Shown here: in pieces, positions 50,826-58,946 of the stretch
How positions within the stretch are numbered: the stretch's first letter is position 1
Layout: each line of letters starts with the position of its first letter
NCBI RefSeq assembly: GCF_001194135.2
Contig: NC_068989.1
Coordinates: 91,167,536 to 91,226,481, forward strand
Source: Octopus bimaculoides
Lineage: Eukaryota
Direction: 5' to 3'
DNA length: 58,946 bases
The notes under the pieces: model-generated
Seen by the model: only the letters and a program-made list of their open reading frames with translations
Database searches by the model: none
What the model was told of the DNA's origin: nothing
Position numbers and translations under genes: made by a program

Positions 50826-51315
50826 ACAGCTGCTGCGACAAGGAAGCTGATATTTAGAGGCTAAATACACCACCGTTTCTGCATGAATGCACACAAAGTT
50901 ATAACGGCTTCTGGTCGTCTCTGATGTTTGGAGTGTGACACAGAATGGTTTCTGGTTCACGTATTTGCTATGACAGCAAATAATCAGGGTTCTGCCAGGT
51001 TAATCTTACTTGATATTTTCAACATGTTTAAACATGTCGAATCGATTGTGCTACAAGACAGGAAACAATCTACGTAGAGACAAATCTGAGCAGATGCATA
51101 CACTAATATTTACATGTGTGTGTGTATGTGTATAAAAGCACATACACACACGCACCTACATATATACATACATATATATATGTGCATATATAAGTATAGA
51201 TATGAATATATGTGTGTGTGTGCATATGCAGTCATTGGTCCATTGATATATATATGTAAACAGATATGCATGTTTATTGATCTATGATACGCACACACGT
51301 ATATACATACACACG

Positions 51316-51385
<70 letters not shown>

Positions 51386-51755
51386 NNNNNNNNNNNNNNN
51401 NNNNNNNNNNNNNNNNNNNNNNNNNNNNNNNNNNNNNNNNNNNNNNNNNNNNNNNNNNNNNNNNNNNNNNNNNNNNNNNNNNNNNNNNNNNNNNNNNNNA
51501 TATATATCTGAAAGAGTACAAGCGGAGTTGGAGTTGGAACTGGAAGACTTTTTATCGACATAGCCTTGTACATGAAAAGAATAAAGTTAGTTGAACGTCA
51601 CTTCTATTCGAGTTTCGTTTCATATTTACCTAATTTCTGAAGCAAACAAGCGAGTGAGTATAGGCATCTGCTGCACATTTAGAGAGTCGTTTCGAAGAGC
51701 TTACTGAGAATTTGATGACATAAAGCATAATAATAATAATAACACCACCACCACC

Positions 51756-51797
<42 letters not shown>

Positions 51798-51899
51798 CCT
51801 ATCTACTGACGGCAGAAGGCCTGACATTTGGTGGGTGAGTCTAGTCGATTACACCGACCGCACGGTTTCACCACCTTAGTAGTAATAATTATAATAATG

Positions 51900-51940
<41 letters not shown>

Positions 51941-52625
51941 TTCAAGTGCCTCAAACTTCTCTTGAAATCAAAGCTCAACTCAAAGGACCTTGTGACTGCC
52001 ATCAGCATATGGGCTGTCGCTGCTGTCCGCTATGTTGCACCCATGCTGAAAGTACAAGTGTATGTTTAGGTAAATATATACACATACATGTAAATTAGGA
52101 TACTAAATGAATATGAATGTATATGAACGTGTGTGTATATACAAGTAAATTTGTTAAATCTCTTCACTTGAAAATTAGACGGTCAAATGGTAGTATGAGA
52201 CTAGATATTGAAAATTAAGCCTGTAAGCTGACCGATTCTGGTATCTTACTGAGTTAAGGATATCAACTGGTTTTCTTTGAAGTGGAACAGTAAAAGACAA
52301 GAGACACGTAAATTGTAAAGGTTAAATGTTCGTTATTTGCTTAAACTTTGAAATCTGTGCTCACAAATCAAACGAATAGGCAAGTTTTTATTTCTATTTT
52401 TCATATCTCATAATTTGTTTTTGTTGGGTTTTGTCAGTTGTATCTCTTTGTATGTCCTTTGTTCCTCTTTGTCAGAGAAATAGTAAAGATAGTTTGCTTT
52501 TGTACATATGTGTTTAGATAATATACGTACGTGTAAAAATGTACATGCATATGCATATATCGAGATATATGTGTGAATGCGCGCACACACAAACACACAT
52601 ATTTATATATACGATATATTATTAA

Positions 52626-52761
52626 AGCTTCAAAGGTATCACAAAAATATCACAAAAACTACTACTCAGAGTTTCACGTTCCCGTTCGTCAGACGGTTGT
52701 TCTTAATCGTGATACTCCGAGGAGCAGTTTTTTGTGATGTTGTTGTGATGTTTTTGAAGTT
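52626..52761 (+). other. 136-nt extended hairpin, pri-miRNA-like
   Basis: Outer ~40-bp stem, inner gagtttcacg/cgtgatactc, terminal ccgtt/gacgg with loop cgtca. Confidence 0.65.
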
Positions 52762-52984
52762 TTCGTAATACATACATATTACTCTACCCGCGGTACTCGA
52801 GTACTATTTTTTCCCACCTTGTCTCGCATTCGTATGCATACACTGGTATAATGTATACATGGTATATGGTCCAAATGTACAGAAAACAAAAGGCAGAGGC
52901 AATTAAAACTAATACACCTGTCTCTGTCTTAAGTTTTCTGTACATTTGAATCACACACACACACATCATTTCTGTATTTTCCCC

Positions 52985-53320
52985 TATTCCAAAGGTCCTA
53001 CCTGTACCTTCTATAGTGACGACTACGTACTGCAATAGCTTTGGATTCAAGGACCCACGGCTATTTAATACTTTGCCAAAACATCATAGGTATGTACCCG
53101 GAGTAGGAGTATATGTTTTCATGACAACTTGATCGCCCACTGTCCAAAGGTACCAGATGACACTTTATCTTGGCAAGAAACTCAATAAAGGTCAACAATA
53201 TCTCACTACCTCCTTCACCAAAATCCAACAGCATAAGAATTGTCTTTGAAAAGGTAATAACACTGGTGGTGCCTCGAAACGGTCACAACCTTTAAGCTGA
53301 AACGCATAAAAGAGTGAAAG
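52985..53320 (+). mobile_element. 3' end of an L2/CR1-type LINE (ORF2 C-terminus and 3' UTR)
   Basis: YCNSFGFKDPRLFNTLPK...GVGVYVF then, after a frameshift, LD..LSKVPD. Confidence 0.7.
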
Positions 53321-53430
53321 AATCTCTGTGTGTGCTCATAATACGAAACGTATACAGGGTAGGAAAATTATAGAAATGTTTCTACCAGTAGCCTAGCATG
53401 CAGAAAATTGTCAAAAGACTATATATTATT

Positions 53431-53946
53431 CATATAAAATTAGTGTACATTTAAACACATAACATGTGCCTTGACAGAACACCTAACATGCTAGAAGGAC
53501 CAGTCAAAATCTAAACGACGGTTAGGAATAATTTCGCAGGGAATGAAAACATTTACCATATTTTGTTACCCTGTATATTTTCCCTAATATGATTTTAGTA
53601 ATTTTGAAGTAAGTTGACATTTTTATTTGCTGCTGACAAAAACTGCGCTTGCGCGGTGGATTTGAAAAATTATAATATATAAGATGAGACATGTGCTATT
53701 TTGCCTCATAATTGTATGTTAATCTTTGGCGTATCCGCTGATGAGAACTTCGCCTAGCAAATCATTTTATTTGCTAATTAAAGTTCGAAACCATGGTTCG
53801 ATAACAAAATATGGTAAATGTTTTTATTTTTTATTCCCTTTGAAATTACCCTTAACCGTTGTTTGGATTTTGACTTGTCCTTCTAGCACGTTAGGTGTCC
53901 TGTCATGGTGCCTTTTATGTGTTTAACTGTACACTAATTATATATG
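53431..53946. mobile_element. Foldback element (arms 53431-53569 and 53802-53946) with a hammerhead just inside the right arm
   Basis: ~140-bp arms match as reverse complements with scattered mismatches. Confidence 0.8.
53732..53803 (+). ncRNA. Type I hammerhead ribozyme, apparently intact
   Basis: tatccg-CTGATGA-gaactt-cgcc-tagcaaat(catttt)atttgcta-atta-aagttc-GAAA-ccatgg-TT-cgata. Confidence 0.8.
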
Positions 53947-54593
53947 CGTGCTCATGTGTATTTATTTATTTATTCCACTGTAACATTTGTAATGCTGGAA
54001 AGTATTATACGAATGTGGCAATTAAACTGGAAGAATCTATATTTACGATTAATGATAATCATCTATGTACTAATATAGCTTTCGTTAATCACGTAGACGA
54101 ATATACTTCGATCTACAACATTACACTAGACTCCCACATATTCAAAATTGGTGCATAATTATACATTGCTACAGATTAAATTTACTGCAAACAGTACCTT
54201 CTTATATATCTAAAACTACTTTAGAACAATACATTGTAACGTACTGACGCAAATAAGCAACAAGCACACAGCATCATAGAAACTGAAGCAGTCTGTGCAA
54301 TTTCACTGCACATGTTCGCTAAAGGTAATCAAATTTTCATGAATCGACATTTAAAATATATATATATATNNNNNNNNNNNNNNNNNNNNNNNNNNNNNNN
54401 NNNNNNNNNNNNNNNNNNNNNNNNNNNNNNNNNNNNNNNNNNNNNNNNNNNNNNNNNNNNNNNNNNNNNNNNNNNNNNNNNNNNNNNNNNNNNNNNNNNN
54501 NNNNNNNNNNNNNNNNNNNNNNNNNNNNNNNNNNNNNNNNNNNNNNNNNNNNNNNNNNNNNNNNNNNNNNNNNNNNNNNNNNNNNNNNNNNNN

Positions 54594-54629
<36 letters not shown>

Positions 54630-54979
54630 CATTTATGTGTGTCTATATATATTGTTTGTATGCATGCATATCAATGTAATACATATATATTATTCTAAAT
54701 CTACATATACAGATAAGTACGTACAAAAATACATACGTGCATGCACTCACACACGCACACACACATACATACCCACCTACCCACACATAGTTGTGTGTAT
54801 GTATCTTTCTATATATGTATATAAACGTACATACTTTCATGCATACAAATGCTTGTGTAGGCGTTTACATGTATGACTATAAATAAATAGAGACGTACGT
54901 ATATGCATACACACTCATATTATGTATGTGCTTACGCATATAGATTGATTAAAAGATACATATAGTAATACATACATAC

Positions 54980-55024
<45 letters not shown>

Positions 55025-55416
55025 AACACATGCGTACATGTCTATCGTTGTATAGATGTCTGTGTGTGTGTATGTGTTTCATGCATATGTGTATGAGTAC
55101 TTTCAAATTGCATACGCGTGTATGTGTGTGTGTACGTATGTGAAGTTTTTTAAGTTTAACCGAAAGCTAAATGATTTACGAGATATCCATCTTTTCATCT
55201 TATGAAGCATGGGAATAACGAGAAATGTGAAAAAAATTCAGATATCTGGAATTTCAGAAATAAATATGAAGTTAACTAGCATGCAAGAATTTTACATACA
55301 GTGATGAGAAGCTATATTCTTCAAAACATTCAGTATAAGAAAACAGATCGCATTTAAAACTAAAATAAAAAAGCTGAAATGGAAGCTAAGTCACCAGATC
55401 TGAAGGAAAATGTTAA

Positions 55417-56085
55417 TAATATTCTTAGTATTTCAACATTGACATGAAGGGACTTAACTCTTATATTACTGACGACTTTATATACAGAGAGGTATTTTGT
55501 TTCGTGAGAAAGGTGTATCGTTGAATATATGGCGTGTATAAGGTGTCGAGCTGGCAGAAACGTTAGCACGTCGGGCGAAATGCTTAGCGGTATTTCGTCT
55601 GTCTTTACGTTCTAAGTTCAAATTCCACCGTTGTTGACTTTGCCTTTCAATCTTTCGGGGTCGATAAATTAAGTACCAGTTACGTACTAGAGTAGATCTA
55701 ATCGACTGGTCCCTCCCTACCAAACGTTTCTACTTTTGCCTAGAGTAGAAAAGAATATTCTTAGTATTTCGGCATTGCCATGATGACATGATTAACTCTT
55801 ATATTACTGACGACTTTGTAGACAGAGAGGTGTTTTGTTTCGCGATAGAATTGTATCGTTTAATATATGGCATGTAGTTAAGGTGGCGAGATAGCAGAAC
55901 CACTTGCACGCCGGACGAAATGCTCAGCGGCATTTCATCCGTCATTAAATTCTGAGTTCAAATTCTGCCGACGTCGACAGTACCTTTCCTCTTTGGGTCG
56001 ATAAAATACGTTCTAATTGAACACTATCGGATTACCTCGCTCCACCAAACTTGCTGGTCATGTGCCAAAATTTGAAACCAATATA
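55417..56085 (+). repeat. Old tandem duplication of [~120 bp unique + SINE A]
   Basis: aatattcttagtatttc...ctcttatattactgacgacttt...aatatatggc at ~55417 and ~55754, each followed by a SINE A. Confidence 0.8.
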
Positions 56086-56199
56086 TGGCGAGAAGGTTCG
56101 ATGCCTTCTATTTTCGTTTATGAATAAATGAAGCCATGATAGTTCTGTATAAGGAGCGCATTTACAGATGCGCATAGATCTAGATGTCACTATCTTTTT

Positions 56200-56275
56200 T
56201 GTTAGCTACTTGTTTCACTCATCAGACTGCATCCATGCGGGACACCGCGATCAAGGGTTTAGTCTAACAAATAGT
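56200..56275 (-). mobile_element. SINE family B tail fragment
   Basis: tacttgtttcactcatcagactgcatccatgcgggacaccgc. Confidence 0.6.
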
Positions 56276-57318
56276 CCCTTGTGTGTGTGTGTGTGTGTGT
56301 GTGTCTGTGTGTGTGTGTGTGTATCTCAGAAGTAAGATGACAAAGGTGTAAACGATGGCCTTATGAATTTCATTAGTTTACAGCTGTTTCCACCAAAAGA
56401 TGCAGTGGACTCATAGTTGCCTGCTTGAGTAACACACTACAAATTTGCATATAAAGATGCATGTCTCTCTACACACAGACAGACAGACGCACACACACAC
56501 ACACACACACACACGTGTGTGTGTGTCTATGTGTTTGAGTTTATGTGCGTATCCTTTTAGTCACAAGAGAAAATAAATTCTACTTCTCTGTCACAGTATG
56601 TCTGGAATATGAAAGATAAAGTGACTACAGACATGAAGTTATAGAAATCAATGATAACAGTTTCAAAACTGTATTTCAGAGGAATTATTTTGTACCGCTT
56701 ACTTTTCTCTGCAGCATTTTGTCATAGTTACATCACCGTTTCACTTGTAGAATTCAAGATATGAACTCATTTTCGATGTATCCCCCATAAAACAACTCAA
56801 TTTCACGGAAATGCATTCTTCTTACATGCTTAATACATTAATCTCTTATTGGCAGAATTTCTTTGAAAATCTTTGGAACTTAATGGAATTTCCTTGAAGA
56901 GCTTCATACATCCTTTCATTTTTTCCCTACCCGATTCACAGCTCTCTGTCAAAGGCTTTTTCTAAACTAACTGTTGTTCAAAGACATCTCCTACGAAAAC
57001 TCAAAACTCTTCGTACAATGTTTTCTCTTTTTGCCATATTGGAATAAAGACATGAATCGTTTTTGTCTATTGAAGCTATTTTCCCTCGACTGTCAATATT
57101 TATGTTTTTTTTTAATCTAAATTTCTATTTTTTATTTTATATTCCTTTCCATTCTAAAGAACGCAGATATCTATTTTGTCCTTTCTGCATTGGATATTAT
57201 GTGCTTACTTTACTCTCTCTCTTACAGATCCCGAATCTTTCCTCTTTTCCACTCGGTTCCGTACGTTTATCTTTTTATATTATTACATATTTTCTTTTGT
57301 ATTTTCAGTTCTTTCTCG

Positions 57319-57430
<112 letters not shown>

Positions 57431-58189
57431 TATATAATCTGTCTTAGAGGAGCGAACGTCATGAAGTTAAGATATGCAGACTAGTGCCATCTACTTGCGT
57501 CTTTTCATCTTTCTCATCGTTTATTTTCACATTTGCGGAGCTATATCTCCCACTTCCTGTTTCTTTCTTTTCTTCATCCTTAATCTTAATTCTTTTCCCT
57601 CTTCTACTTCCACATCCATGTCACACACAAAAGAAACAAAAATTCTCACACACATTGTCGGTCATGAAGTTCCTTATTACATCAATGTACATCGCTTTCT
57701 CTCACACTCTTCTGATTTTGGTTTAACACATTTATTTATGATACCATGTGTTATAGTTTTTAGTTATTGTCTTTCATATGTGTATAGAAAACGTCTTTTA
57801 ATGTTTTACATGTTAAATTTCCTATTATAAGCATTTAAATCATTCAGTATCAATAACGGCCTCGTTTTGATAACATATTAAACAAGTATATAAGGTTTTA
57901 CTTAGTAATATAATTTTAGTCGTCTCGAGAATCGATAACGCGAAACTCAAAATGAAAAGATCTTAGCATATTACTACTTCTAATTTGTTTATTTAGTAGA
58001 TATTCGTTGTATTACACGCGCGCGCGCAATTTTAAAATTTTATTTGAATCGGACTTTTCTTATCCTGAGTGTTGCCTGTGAGTAAGGCGACTCTTGAGGC
58101 AAGTCGTGACTTGCCTGAAGACTTTATATACCCTGAGACGAAACTCAGAGCTGGGACATACGGACTCCACTAAAATGAAAAAAAATATA

Positions 58190-58290
58190 GAAATATATAT
58201 CAGGAAACTCTGCAATAGATGCTTTTCAAGGCGCTGCCCCAGCATTGCCGCAGCCCAATGACTGATACACGTAAAAGAAACATAAAAGGT
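58190..58290 (+). mobile_element. SINE family B tail
   Basis: ttcaaggcgctgccccagcattgccgcagcccaatgactgatacacgtaaaag. Confidence 0.75.
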
Positions 58291-58380
58291 ATGGTATGGA
58301 GTATTTTTTCACCCTACACTCAACGCTAAAGTTATATGAAAAACATACGCCTTCCCAAATATATATATATACATACACAC

Positions 58381-58422
<42 letters not shown>

Positions 58423-58627
58423 TTATCACTGTCTCTCTCTATCTGTCTGCCTGTCTGTCTGTCTGTCTGTCTATCTGTTTGTGTGTATGTGTGTTTGAAC
58501 CAGTCGTGTTTCGCGTGGGGTCAAATCAAACTGCTTTAAATTTAATAATATAATAATAATAATGATAATAATAATAATATCATACCTGCTAAATGTGTTG
58601 TTTCTTGCATTTGCTCATCCTATTATA

Positions 58628-58653
58628 TCTATATATATAAAAATGAGAATGTG

Positions 58654-58684
<31 letters not shown>

Positions 58685-58946
58685 GTGAATCCCTAAAACT
58701 CGAGAACTACGTAACCAATTTCATTCAAATTTTACACATGCCTTACTTAGGGTTCCAGTTGTGTTTTAGTCAATAAAAATTATTAACTTCTTGCAGAGTT
58801 CGAGTACACGGCAACATAATATCTCCTCCACTATTTAAGTATTACGTGTCAAAAGTGAAACAAAAACACTCATGTCAAATACTTTCACTTTAAAAATGAA
58901 ACTATTCCACTAACTGAAACAATCACATTTCGATACTGTAGTGACA
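58628..58946 (+). mobile_element. Helitron/HINE (DINE-1-like) non-autonomous element, 5' part
   Basis: A|TCTATATATATAAA start, internal (GTCT)n, then aaccaatttcattcaaattttacac; this layout is typical of HINE/DINE elements. Confidence 0.55.

Larger units (their letters stand above)
7152..54593. other. Assembly gaps (N runs) near 7152, 8106, 9158, 11086, 13971, 15311, 19128, 23174, 25124, 25696, 29507, 30968, 39122, 42666, 51387, 54370
   Basis: N runs; most abut (AT)n, (CA)n or (AAT)n arrays. Confidence 0.95.

Noticed and set aside
53353-53577. Tc1-type MITE (TA-CAGGGT...ACCCTG-TA)
   Set aside because: Short, imperfect ends overlapping the better-supported HHR foldback arm; it could be a separate or nested element but I cannot support it.
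55301-55335. HHR-like GTGATGA-gaag/cttc-AAAA
   Set aside because: Two core positions altered and no stems I or III; at best a fossil.
56376-56420. Minus-strand HHR (CTATGA...GAAACAGCTGTA)
   Set aside because: Shares the palindromic 3' half but the core G is deleted and stem I is absent; probable fossil, not called.

Overview
AT-rich eukaryotic, mostly non-coding DNA, inferred to be octopus from its tRNA-derived SINE families and very dense (AT)n/(CA)n/(AAT)n microsatellites. It has about 16 assembly gaps. I can support no complete host protein-coding gene. The window is a mosaic of transposon remnants: two mariner families, a Tc1, R4/Dong-type RLE LINE fragments, RTE and L2/CR1 fragments, a Penelope GIY-YIG fragment, a Helitron-like end and many SINEs. 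Main observation: at least five different type I hammerhead-ribozyme (HHR) motifs with short palindromic stem III, four of them inside foldback (inverted-repeat) elements. One (37267-37738) couples a tRNA-type Pol III promoter to an apparently intact HHR and has a candidate 13-bp TSD. Other highlights: a Gag-like, RT-less element family in head-to-tail arrays with conserved stem-loops; two complementary halves of one mariner family 44.5 kb apart; and two long miRNA-like hairpins. All folds and alignments were done by eye, and coordinates of degenerate repeats are approximate.
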